Shown: one piece after another, positions 48,347 through 56,637 of the stretch | Numbering within the stretch: the stretch's first letter is position 1 | Layout: every line of letters begins with the position of its first letter | Assembly: GCA_964415885.1 (NCBI GenBank) | Contig: CAYQCE010000005.1 | Coordinates: 40,141-104,140, forward strand | Origin: an uncultured Ignavibacteria bacterium | GTDB lineage: Bacteria > Zixibacteria > MSB-5A5 > JAABVY01 > JAHJOQ01 | Length of the DNA: 64,000 bases | Direction of reading: 5' to 3' | Notes under the pieces: generated by a model | Seen by the model: the letters and a program-made list of their open reading frames with translations, nothing else | What the model was told of the DNA's origin: nothing | Database searches by the model: none | Program-made: the position numbers and the translations under genes

Positions 48347-48910
48347 TTAGAGAATCTCTCTGACTATCTCCGGCGTCGGACGCGGAATCACAACCTTGTT
48401 GACCAGAAGCCCCTGCCTGCCGATCACATCCGCGCCGGCATCCACGGCAGCACGTACGGCTGAGACCTCGCCGGTCATCGTGACGAATGCCTTGCCGCCA
48501 AGTGCCATCGCGAGCCTGATTTCGAGAAGCTCGACATCGGCGGCTTTCACCGCTGCGTCAGCGCCCTCGATCAGCGATGCGACCGAGAAGGATTCGAGGA
48601 TCCCCATAGCGTCAAGATTAGAGACAACGTTTGTGGCGGTCAGCGCTGGAAATATCGAGTGGTGAATGTTAGGAATGATGAAAGTATCGATCACGGCTTC
48701 TCTTGCTATCTCCTCACCGTCCTGGACGGACGAGGTGACCGCCGAGACATCCCCGGTGACCATCACGATGTATTTCCCGGAACAGATTGTCCGGTTCATT
48801 ACGAGTTCGACCGCGGAGGCCTTCAACATGGCATCCGCCGCCTCTATGCCCTTTGCGATTGATGAAAACTCAATCAGCCCAATTGATTCGCGGATAATAT
48901 CAGCCATCAA
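48347..48910 (-). CDS. BMC-T shell protein (tandem BMC domains), PduT-like with conserved Fe-S cysteine
   Basis: Two BMC domains (IGLIEFSSIAKGIEAADAMLKAS... and MGILESFSVASLIEGADAAVKAADV...VIPRPTPEI). TICSGKY aligns with the PduT TICPGKF cysteine that ligates the 4Fe-4S cluster. 187 aa. Confidence 0.85.
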   Translation of the reverse strand: MMADIIRESIGLIEFSSIAKGIEAADAMLKASAVELVMNRTICSGKYIVMVTGDVSAVTSSVQDGEEIAREAVIDTFIIPNIHHSIFPALTATNVVSNLDAMGILESFSVASLIEGADAAVKAADVELLEIRLAMALGGKAFVTMTGEVSAVRAAVDAGADVIGRQGLLVNKVVIPRPTPEIVREIL

Positions 48911-50226
48911 TTCACCTCTATGGTCACGGAATGATCGATATTTGAAACGCGCCCACTCATTGAAGCGTGTACCGGCGCGCCCAGCTCGCCGTCCGGGACA
49001 TCGCCGATCATGTCGCCCTCGGAGACATGCGCCCCGACGTCAACGAGCGGTTTGCATTCTGCACCGATATGCTGCTGCAGCGGAATGACTACCTTCTCGA
49101 TATCGAGTTCAGGCTCCGTGAACGGTGCCGGATTAGCATATGGGTTAAGCCCGAGTTTGGTCTGGAGTTTCTTGGTAGGCACCCGACGGTATTCCTTCAT
49201 CGGATGCTCCTTAACCGGCTCTGTCTGCTCCCACTTGAATCCCTTTGCCTTGAGCGCGCGTTTGGAGTAGACGCAGGCATCTCTCGGCTCGAGATCTTCC
49301 GGACACGCATACAGGCTGCAGATGTTGCACTCGCAGCAAAGAGTGGCGTGCGTCGACCAGTAATCGCGCTTCTCGCCCTCGAACTGAAGCGATCGCATAA
49401 CTTTGTGTGGCTCTATCTTGTAGCCGAGCAGGTACCTCGGACAATACTCAGTGCAGTAGGTGCACTGATCGCATGCGGACTTCCCGATTCGATCAGACTG
49501 ACGTTTCGGCATCGATTTGCGGTACACCAGCTTGTTAGATTTCGGCAAAATGATATACCCGCCCGATAGTTTCGTCACCGGACTCGCCAAGTCGGTCACT
49601 ACCTTCCCCATCATCGCGCCGCCATCGAGTGCCGCCGGCTCATCGTCATAGAAGCTCAAACCTCCGGCAGCGTCGATGAGGGTCTGAAGCGTGACACCAA
49701 TCGGGATCTCGACTGTCATCGGATTCTTGACTGCGCCCGCTATTGTGAGATATTTCCGCGTGACCGGCTTACCCTCGGATGCGTTGTTGATGTTGCGCAG
49801 CGTCTCGACATTGCTGACCACGCACCCGACCTGCAGCGGCAGTCCCTCCGGCGGAATGAGTCGTCCCGTGATCGAATGAACGACCTCGTATTCATCGCCG
49901 GCCGGATAGAAATCACCGAAGAGAAACATCTTGATGTCATGCTTTGGGCAGAGTCTCCGGAACTCGCCTACCGCACGTTTGTGCTTCTCCTTCAATGCTA
50001 TATATCTCTTGTCCGCACCCACATACTCACCGGCAAGATTAGTACCGCGAAGGATATCCTCGGCTTCGCGTTTCATTATCTCGTTGTCTTTGGCGAGAAG
50101 CGGTTCGCACTCCGCGCCATTGGCAAGATAGTATTCGACGCGCGAGTTCAGCTTAACATGTGTGGGAAAACCGGCGCCGCCAGCACCGACAACACCTGCG
50201 GACCTGACCTGCTCCTTAAGATCCAT
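48907..50226 (-). CDS. PduS-like RnfC-family flavo-iron-sulfur oxidoreductase
   Basis: N-terminal glycine-rich NADH/FMN-site motif AGVVGAGGAGFPTHVKL; two ferredoxin-type CxxCxxCxxxCP clusters (CDQCTYCTEYCP; CCECNICSLYACP); 439 aa. ATGA-coupled to the BMC-T gene. Confidence 0.85.
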   Translation of the reverse strand: MDLKEQVRSAGVVGAGGAGFPTHVKLNSRVEYYLANGAECEPLLAKDNEIMKREAEDILRGTNLAGEYVGADKRYIALKEKHKRAVGEFRRLCPKHDIKMFLFGDFYPAGDEYEVVHSITGRLIPPEGLPLQVGCVVSNVETLRNINNASEGKPVTRKYLTIAGAVKNPMTVEIPIGVTLQTLIDAAGGLSFYDDEPAALDGGAMMGKVVTDLASPVTKLSGGYIILPKSNKLVYRKSMPKRQSDRIGKSACDQCTYCTEYCPRYLLGYKIEPHKVMRSLQFEGEKRDYWSTHATLCCECNICSLYACPEDLEPRDACVYSKRALKAKGFKWEQTEPVKEHPMKEYRRVPTKKLQTKLGLNPYANPAPFTEPELDIEKVVIPLQQHIGAECKPLVDVGAHVSEGDMIGDVPDGELGAPVHASMSGRVSNIDHSVTIEVN

Positions 50227-50269
50227 TTAGGATGTCACTCCTTCTCAATCACCGGATTCTCTGAATCGG

Positions 50270-50650
50270 TCATTTGTCCGATTCGGAGCCCCCGCCGTAC
50301 TTCCAGCTACCACCCTCAATACCCTTGGGCGGATCGCCTCTCCACCTTATGTACGCAAGATGAGAGTCGGAATGCACCTCATTGCTGTCGAGCTCAATCT
50401 CGTCAATGATGCCGACTACCGCCGCCTCGATGGAGGTATCCTCGTTGCCGACCGCGAGCCGTGCAGCGCGGCCGTAAGCCACCAGCACCATCTCGCCGAT
50501 TCCGGCGCCGAGAATGTCTGCGGCAACGACGATGTTCTTCGTGGGCTCCTCGTCGAGGTCGTATGGATGTATGATGAGAAACCTGAGCGATTCTATACTG
50601 GCAGTTTTCTTGGTGGACCAGAGAGTACCAACGACTTTTCCAACAAACAT
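50270..50650 (-). CDS. BMC-P vertex (pentamer) protein, EutN/PduN/CcmL family
   Basis: MFVGKVVGTLWSTKKTASIESLRFLIIHPYD... matches the BMC-P N-terminal consensus (M.vG.V.Gt.wsT.K). Roughly 35-aa C-terminal extension. Confidence 0.85.
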   Translation of the reverse strand: MFVGKVVGTLWSTKKTASIESLRFLIIHPYDLDEEPTKNIVVAADILGAGIGEMVLVAYGRAARLAVGNEDTSIEAAVVGIIDEIELDSNEVHSDSHLAYIRWRGDPPKGIEGGSWKYGGGSESDK

Positions 50651-50654
50651 AAAA

Positions 50655-51209
50655 CTACTTCCCCAACGCTTCCTTGATATTCTCGATAAGCTGAGTCTTG
50701 GAGGCGTGTGATATTTCCCGCCCCTTCATATCGAGTTTGGGCAGTTTGCGCGCGAATTGACGGAGATCTGCGACAGTCATTGCATCGAGTTTCTCATCCG
50801 TTATATCGAAATACCGTTCGGGATCGATCTCCGGCTCTTCCGTCCCGCCGCCATCTGAGGTTCTCTCACCTCGCCACTTCGCAGGGTTGGAACCGATCCC
50901 GCCGGGCGGTGTGGGGCGATATTTGGAAATGAAAGTGCCGGGTGGCAGAATGCTGCCGAGTAGTTCATCCGGTCGCGGGATAACATGCACCGCAATTAGT
51001 TCGCCAACCCTCTGCGCTGCTGCAGCACCCGCCTCCGCCGCTGCCTGAACGGCTGCAAGTTCACCTTCGAATTTGATTGTCACGAGGGTCCCGTCGGTTA
51101 CTTCTGCGGATGAGATATCGACTGCCGCAGCTTTCGCGGCGGCATCGCATGCCTCGATTGCGGCCACAAGGCCCGCTGTCTCGATCAATCCTAACGCATC
51201 CCTGTCCAT
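50655..51209 (-). CDS. BMC-H hexamer shell protein (PduA/CcmK-like) with roughly 100-aa C-terminal extension
   Basis: Canonical BMC domain ALGLIETAGLVAAIEACDAAAKAAAVDI...VGELIAVHVIPRPDELLGSILP. Start placed at the internal ATG (MDRDALGLIETAG) with upstream GAGGTG; a TTG at 51254 is an alternative. The C-terminal tail carries a Rho_N/SAP-like motif. Confidence 0.85.
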   Translation of the reverse strand: MDRDALGLIETAGLVAAIEACDAAAKAAAVDISSAEVTDGTLVTIKFEGELAAVQAAAEAGAAAAQRVGELIAVHVIPRPDELLGSILPPGTFISKYRPTPPGGIGSNPAKWRGERTSDGGGTEEPEIDPERYFDITDEKLDAMTVADLRQFARKLPKLDMKGREISHASKTQLIENIKEALGK

Positions 51210-51519
51210 CAACACCTCAATACTTGAGGGTAGCAATATAACATCATTCGCCAAACGAGCGCAACTTGTTTGATTGATATGGATAGCTCGTTCGATTTAT
51301 AGCTGACTTGAGTAGTTAAAACCTGACGGTTTTCTTCCTGATGTCTGACACAAATGGGTCTCGCTTTTGACGACCGGAATTGGATTTGGCAACTAAGTGC
51401 ATTAGAATGTCGGTGCACGAGACGTACACCAACCACGGGAAACTCTACGTCGCGTTCGCTCTTCTGTGGCATCGCGCGTTCGATACTAATGGATCGATCA
51501 CTATCTAAGTTGTGTGCAT

Positions 51520-51790
51520 GGCAGATGCCCTCATCTGCCACGTAAGACACGATAATAGGTTGCGGCAGATCTTGATCCCGCCATGCGCGGGATTGTGATC
51601 TGCCGATCGTTCGGTTACGATTTACATGAACCTGCGACTTACGAGCGGTCAGTTCACACTCGCCTGTGGCGAGCAGGAACTGACCGAACCAAGTCAAGCA
51701 CTTGTGAGACAGCCTCTCCTCATCTGCCACGGAGTTGAGAAGGGATCGTGTGATTCGACATCGGCAGACGAAGGCGTCTGCCGTTCATCC
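51520..51790. repeat. Mosaic interspersed repeat (partial M3 + M2 + M3), right flank of the BMC module
   Basis: 51563..51720 matches 25350..25500 (M2 hairpin core CGGTCAGTTCACACTCGCCTGTGGCGAGCAGGAACTGACCGAACC). 51716..51790 matches 48222..48290 (M3). An extra CCTCATCTGCCAC copy lies at 51524. Confidence 0.65.
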
Positions 51791-51917
51791 GATACCGTGT
51801 TTCTGCGCTCGCTTTTCTCGCTCCGCAACCCGGCCTACGCGTTCCACAGTCCTCATCGCGCCTCCGGCGCGAGTCAGGAGCGCAGGGATCCTGACCTGCG
51901 GGAAACACCCCGCGTGA

Positions 51918-52790
51918 TTACAATCCAACCTTCTTCCGGCAGATAACAACACGCTCGATACCGCTGTAGTCTTTTACCGTACGGATGAATTCGAGGTCAT
52001 TGTCTGTGTCGATCAGGGCGCGTATGCTGTCCGTCTGTCCGAGGCCGATCTCGAAGATCAGATGACCACCCGGAACCAGATAGGGCGGCGCCTCTTTTAA
52101 CATCCTCCGGACGAAATCGAGACCATCCGGACCTGAGGTAAGTGCGTCCGTCGGTTCGAATTTGCGAATCTGCGGTGCGAGCTCGTCGAAATCCGATTCT
52201 GCTATGTATGGCGGGTTGCAGACTATCGCATCGTACGGATGCTTGTCGTTCTCAATTGCGGTGAACATATCGCCGTTGAACAGCCCGAATCGAGACTGCA
52301 ACCCGTGAAGCGCGACATTCTCACCCGCAAGCGCGAGTGCTTCCGCCGAGCTATCGGCTGCACTGATCGAGGCTTGCGGAAGGTTGATTGCGAGCGCGAT
52401 TCCGATGCATCCGGTGCCGCACGCCAGATCGAGAATGTAGAGCCGGTCGAAGTCCTGAAGCATCTCAATCGCCTCCGACACCACGAATTCGGTCTCCGGC
52501 CGGGGGATCAGCGCTCGGGGATCGCACTTGATGCGGATACCGTAGAATTCTGTCTCGCCAAGTATGTACTGAAGGGGTTCATCATTGAGTCGTCGAGTCA
52601 GAAATACGTCAAATTCAGCGACTATATCAGATGTTACCAGACGATTCGGTTCGGTGTACAGCTCCACGCGCGATAGGTTGGTCAGACTGCACGCGATCCT
52701 TTCGGCGTTGATCCGGGGGGCATCGACGCCCTTCTCGGCCAGCTTGCGAGTAGCTTCGTTGATCAGGTCGAGGAGTTTCTCTTCCGGCAT
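51918..52790 (-). CDS. prmC: Release factor glutamine N5-methyltransferase PrmC (HemK)
   Basis: Class I SAM MTase motif LDLACGTGCIGIA and the NPPY catalytic tetrapeptide (IVCNPPYI); 290 aa. Confidence 0.9.
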   Translation of the reverse strand: MPEEKLLDLINEATRKLAEKGVDAPRINAERIACSLTNLSRVELYTEPNRLVTSDIVAEFDVFLTRRLNDEPLQYILGETEFYGIRIKCDPRALIPRPETEFVVSEAIEMLQDFDRLYILDLACGTGCIGIALAINLPQASISAADSSAEALALAGENVALHGLQSRFGLFNGDMFTAIENDKHPYDAIVCNPPYIAESDFDELAPQIRKFEPTDALTSGPDGLDFVRRMLKEAPPYLVPGGHLIFEIGLGQTDSIRALIDTDNDLEFIRTVKDYSGIERVVICRKKVGL

Positions 52791-52796
52791 ACGAAT

Positions 52797-53024
52797 CTAC
52801 ACCCGGGGCATGAAATGACCAGTTTCGAGAAGTGACGGATCATCGGGAAAGTCGAATCCCGCGCAGCCGAGACGCTTGTTGCCGTGTATGGCGAATCGAT
52901 CCCGACAATGACGAGTGAGCATGACTCCCTCACTCTTGCCGGCAAGCAGAGCCGTTGTGGGTGACAGGAACATGGCACTTCCGGTAGCTGCTACCGCTGT
53001 TCGCAAGAAGTCTCGTCTTTGCAT
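52797..53024 (-). CDS. Small Tat-signal peptide/protein (75 aa), hypothetical
   Basis: Internal-Met start MQRRDFLRTAVAATGSAMFLSPTTALLAGK is a near-consensus twin-arginine signal (RRxFLR + h-region + AxA-like site). About 45-aa mature part with 2 Cys and 3 His. Starts 1 nt after the pmbA stop. Confidence 0.4.
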   Translation of the reverse strand: MQRRDFLRTAVAATGSAMFLSPTTALLAGKSEGVMLTRHCRDRFAIHGNKRLGCAGFDFPDDPSLLETGHFMPRV

Positions 53025-53025
53025 C

Positions 53026-54363
53026 CTATGCCCTCTCTCTGTCGAGCTGAAAGTTATCGATTTTCGCATACGGTACGAGCATAACGACCGAGTACTGCGG
53101 GTACAGCTTTCGTTCACGCGAAAGCATCCGGCAGTTCGTGAGCGCCTCGAGTATCGACTGGTTCATCCGCATATTGACGATCGGCTTTGTGACTTCGCCG
53201 TTTTCGATCAGAAACGTACCATCGCGTGTCAGACCAGTGACCATCGTGCGCATCGGATTGAGGTAGTTCACATACCAGAAGTGGGTGATATAGATACCTC
53301 GAGGTGTTGACCCTACCAAGTCATCGAGCGGAGTTGCGCCGGGTTCCATTACCATGTGTTTCGGATAAGGCGTGAAACTGTTCGTTGCGATATGTGCGTG
53401 CCCGGTGGATTCCTTACCCAATTTCCGGGCATCGCGGGAGTCAGACACGACGCCCCTGGCTATGCCGTTCACAATAAGATCGACCTTCCGGCGCGTAACG
53501 CCCTCATAATCGAATGGCACCCCCTGCATGCGCGGATGATAGACATTGTCGCGGACGGTGATAAGTTCGCTGGTCAACTGCTCACCGAGGCTGCCTGCCA
53601 TGAATGATCTGCGCTGCACGAACGTGCGGCTACCGAAACCCATGAAAGCGAGGAAGAGAAGTAGCTGGCCGACGGCGGCAGGTTCGAGGACAACCGTATA
53701 TTGACCGGAGTCGAGTTCTGTCGGATTCTCGCTGCGGAGAGCCTTGTCTATAGCGGTTTCGGCGAGTTCGCCGGGATTGATATTCGCGAAATCACGATCG
53801 AATGCGATGGCGTACCCGGAACGGCCATCGTCTGCGCTGACTGTCAGAGAGAACTCCGCTTTGGTGCCCTCGAAATACTTCTCGGTGCCGAGCGAATTCA
53901 TCACCGCAACCTGGTTAAGAATCGTGCGAAACGCTCCGGCGGTTGTCATATCTCTCATCGCCGCAGCCTTGTTTATCATCCAGACGGCGTTCGCGCGATC
54001 GGAAGGCGAAGCCTCCGCTGTAGTCTGCCTGAAGCCTTCAACTGCCGGGGATTCGGTGGATTCAGGCAGGCCGGTGAAATCCTCATTGGTTTCTGCGATC
54101 TCCGAGATTGCGAGAGCATCGGCGATACATTGCTTCACGGATTCGACATTGAGCTTATTCGTCGATGCCACCCCGATCTTCTTGTCCGCCACCACGCGAG
54201 CGACGATACTCGCGTCGGCTCGGGTCAGATTCTGTTGTATCTCACTCTCGGCAATATGGGTTATGTTCAGCACTTCGCCGTCATAGACCAGCTCGGTCTG
54301 GTCTGCGGGCGAATCTGCCATTGCAGCATGGAATGTCTCGAGTATCATTGACTTGTCAACCAC
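53026..54363 (-). CDS. pmbA: PmbA/TldE-family metallopeptidase partner (peptidase U62)
   Basis: 445 aa; TldD/PmbA fold without the HExxxH motif, as expected for the TldE partner; C-terminal GxxTGxxxxLxxG-type region (LVPYAKIDNFQL tail). Confidence 0.8.
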   Translation of the reverse strand: MVDKSMILETFHAAMADSPADQTELVYDGEVLNITHIAESEIQQNLTRADASIVARVVADKKIGVASTNKLNVESVKQCIADALAISEIAETNEDFTGLPESTESPAVEGFRQTTAEASPSDRANAVWMINKAAAMRDMTTAGAFRTILNQVAVMNSLGTEKYFEGTKAEFSLTVSADDGRSGYAIAFDRDFANINPGELAETAIDKALRSENPTELDSGQYTVVLEPAAVGQLLLFLAFMGFGSRTFVQRRSFMAGSLGEQLTSELITVRDNVYHPRMQGVPFDYEGVTRRKVDLIVNGIARGVVSDSRDARKLGKESTGHAHIATNSFTPYPKHMVMEPGATPLDDLVGSTPRGIYITHFWYVNYLNPMRTMVTGLTRDGTFLIENGEVTKPIVNMRMNQSILEALTNCRMLSRERKLYPQYSVVMLVPYAKIDNFQLDRERA

Positions 54364-55807
54364 GGTCCACCCCCACTTTCACACCGCGGAATCTCGACGG
54401 AGAGCACCCTTGCGCAGTCTGTGCCGTCTGCGCGGGCTGGCCCTTGCCGCAGTTTGGCGTACCCCAGATTTCCCACTGAGTTTGATCGCCGACGGCATCG
54501 CACGAATTCCAGAATTCAACCGTATTGCCCGAATAGACCGGCCGTTTGATCATCCCAACGAGTTTGCCGCCTTTGATTTCCCAGCCAACCTCGGAGCCGA
54601 GTTGAAAGGATGATCGGTCATCGGCGATGGACCAACTCTCGACCGTATCGAGATAGATGCCGTCATCGATTCCGGATATCAGATCATCGAAGGAGGAATC
54701 GCCGGCGTCCAAGAGCACATTGGTTATACGGACTATCGGCGGATTCGACCAACTGTCGGCATTTGCCGCGCCGGTCGACGATTTCCCAACACGGTACGCG
54801 CTCTCGCGGTTTGAGAGGTAGTTGACGAGGATACCGTTCTCGATCAGTTTGTGAGGCTTTGCTGCAACACCCTCGTCATCATATCCCCATGTCGCGAGTC
54901 CGCCCGGATAGGATGTGTCGGTCGAGATATTAACGAGATCGGAACCGTACTTCAGTTCACGGAGCCTGGACGGCATTGCGAATGATGTACCGCTGAAATT
55001 CCGTTCGGAGCCGAATACGCGATCGAGCTCGAGCGGATGACCGATTGTCTCGTGAATCTGAAGCGAAAGAAGATCTCCCGAGAGTACAATATCGAATAAA
55101 CCCGTCGGGCACTCTTTCGCCGTCGCAAGCATCACGGCCTCTTCGGCGATCCGCGGCACGTTCTCCTCGAACCCTAGTGCCGCAACAAGTTCGTATCCGG
55201 CGCTCTTGTATTGCCCCGATGATGACGGGTAGGAGCGTTCGGTACGATCGCGATGACCTCTGACCACGCCGCACGACACTCCCGCGCCGGAGTGGAGCAG
55301 AGTTTGCTCGATCTCAGAACCGAGGGATGACACGAACAGCTTGTCCGTACGCGTGAAATTCATGAATGCGCCCGAGCTGTTTATCTCGCTGTTTTCGCGC
55401 AATGTTGCGTCGAGCGTCATGAGATAGTCGATCTTCTCCGAAAGCGGTATCTCGAACGGGTCTCTTTCGAAAGGAGTTATGTACTTGTCTTTGACCGACG
55501 GAACATCAGCAAGATGGACCGTCTTCTGATTTATCTTTGCGGAAGTCCTGGCGATTGCCACTGCTGTTTTGGATGCCTGACGGACCTCCGGTTCGGCAAT
55601 GACCGAGTTTGCGGCGAACCCCCACGCTCCGTTGGCTAGCACTCGCACGCTGAACCCGGCGGAGGAATTCCTGTCAATCTGTCCGGGGTTGCCGTCAGAG
55701 ACGCCGACGTTTTCGTTCCGGATTTCCTCGAAACGAAAGTCAGCGTATGAGGCGCCGTTCTTCAGAGCCTCATCCACTGCAATTTGGCCCAATTTGGATA
55801 GATTCAT
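54356..55807 (-). CDS. tldD: Metalloprotease TldD (peptidase U62)
   Basis: 483 aa; HExxxH zinc motif HETIGHPLELD; conserved GxC and C-terminal barrel regions; overlaps pmbA by 8 nt. Confidence 0.9.
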   Translation of the reverse strand: MNLSKLGQIAVDEALKNGASYADFRFEEIRNENVGVSDGNPGQIDRNSSAGFSVRVLANGAWGFAANSVIAEPEVRQASKTAVAIARTSAKINQKTVHLADVPSVKDKYITPFERDPFEIPLSEKIDYLMTLDATLRENSEINSSGAFMNFTRTDKLFVSSLGSEIEQTLLHSGAGVSCGVVRGHRDRTERSYPSSSGQYKSAGYELVAALGFEENVPRIAEEAVMLATAKECPTGLFDIVLSGDLLSLQIHETIGHPLELDRVFGSERNFSGTSFAMPSRLRELKYGSDLVNISTDTSYPGGLATWGYDDEGVAAKPHKLIENGILVNYLSNRESAYRVGKSSTGAANADSWSNPPIVRITNVLLDAGDSSFDDLISGIDDGIYLDTVESWSIADDRSSFQLGSEVGWEIKGGKLVGMIKRPVYSGNTVEFWNSCDAVGDQTQWEIWGTPNCGKGQPAQTAQTAQGCSPSRFRGVKVGVDRG

Positions 55808-55863
55808 GGAGCTATTGTAGCGATGTTGGGGGGATTACGCAAGTGGAAGATTAACAGAAAATG

Positions 55864-56637
55864 TCAGCGGATCACGCCCCGTTTGGCGGTTTCGAAGAAA
55901 CGCTTGATTGTCCGTATCTCCGGAATGTCCGGCAGTTCGCTTTCGATCCGCTCGAATGCCTTTGCCGTGGTCAACTTTGAGCGAAATATGATCCTGAATG
56001 CCTTTCGAAGAGTCTTAACCGTATTTTCCGAAAACCCGCGACGCGATAGCCCGATGTGGTTGACATCGATCACTTTCAACGGATATCCGCCCACAAGCGC
56101 GTACGGACAAACATCCATCGTGACCCGAAACCCGCCACCGATCATGGTATGCTGGCCGATACGGACGAACTGGTGCACCGGCACGATACCTCCGACAATA
56201 GCCCAGTCCTCGATGACGACGTGTCCGCCGAGATTTACAGAATTGGCGAGTATGACATGATCGCCGATTATGCAGTCGTGTGCGACATGGCTGTATGCCA
56301 TCATGAAGCAGTCCGATCCGATGACAGTCTTCCAGCGGTCTTCAGTGCCTCGATTCACGGTAGCGTACTCACGGATTACCGTGCGTTCGCCGATCTCGAC
56401 CGTTGTTTCCTCGCCGCCGAATTTGAGATCCTGTGGGACAGTGCAGATCACTGCACCATGATGGATCGCGATATCTTTTGACAGCCTTGCGCCCGGTCCA
56501 ATCAGCACGTTAGATCCGATCTTGCAGCCGGGGCCGATCTCAACATTCTCATCGATGATTGCGTAAGGCCCGACGCTGACAGTCTCGTCGATCTCTGCCC
56601 TCGGGTTCACTATTGCTGTCGGATGAATATCTGCCAT
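55864..56637 (-). CDS. lpxA: UDP-N-acetylglucosamine O-acyltransferase
   Basis: Left-handed beta-helix hexapeptide repeats throughout (IHPTAIV..., IGPGCKIGSNVLIG...) and the LpxA C-terminal helical domain; 257 aa. Confidence 0.9.
   Translation of the reverse strand: MADIHPTAIVNPRAEIDETVSVGPYAIIDENVEIGPGCKIGSNVLIGPGARLSKDIAIHHGAVICTVPQDLKFGGEETTVEIGERTVIREYATVNRGTEDRWKTVIGSDCFMMAYSHVAHDCIIGDHVILANSVNLGGHVVIEDWAIVGGIVPVHQFVRIGQHTMIGGGFRVTMDVCPYALVGGYPLKVIDVNHIGLSRRGFSENTVKTLRKAFRIIFRSKLTTAKAFERIESELPDIPEIRTIKRFFETAKRGVIR

Noticed and set aside
51209-51730. 173-aa minus ORF and its look-alike 60-aa ORF at 25306..25488, which share the SHKC..FGQFLLA.GE.ELT peptide
   Set aside because: The shared peptide is just the M2 repeat hairpin translated in one frame. 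These are non-coding repeat copies, not paralogous genes.
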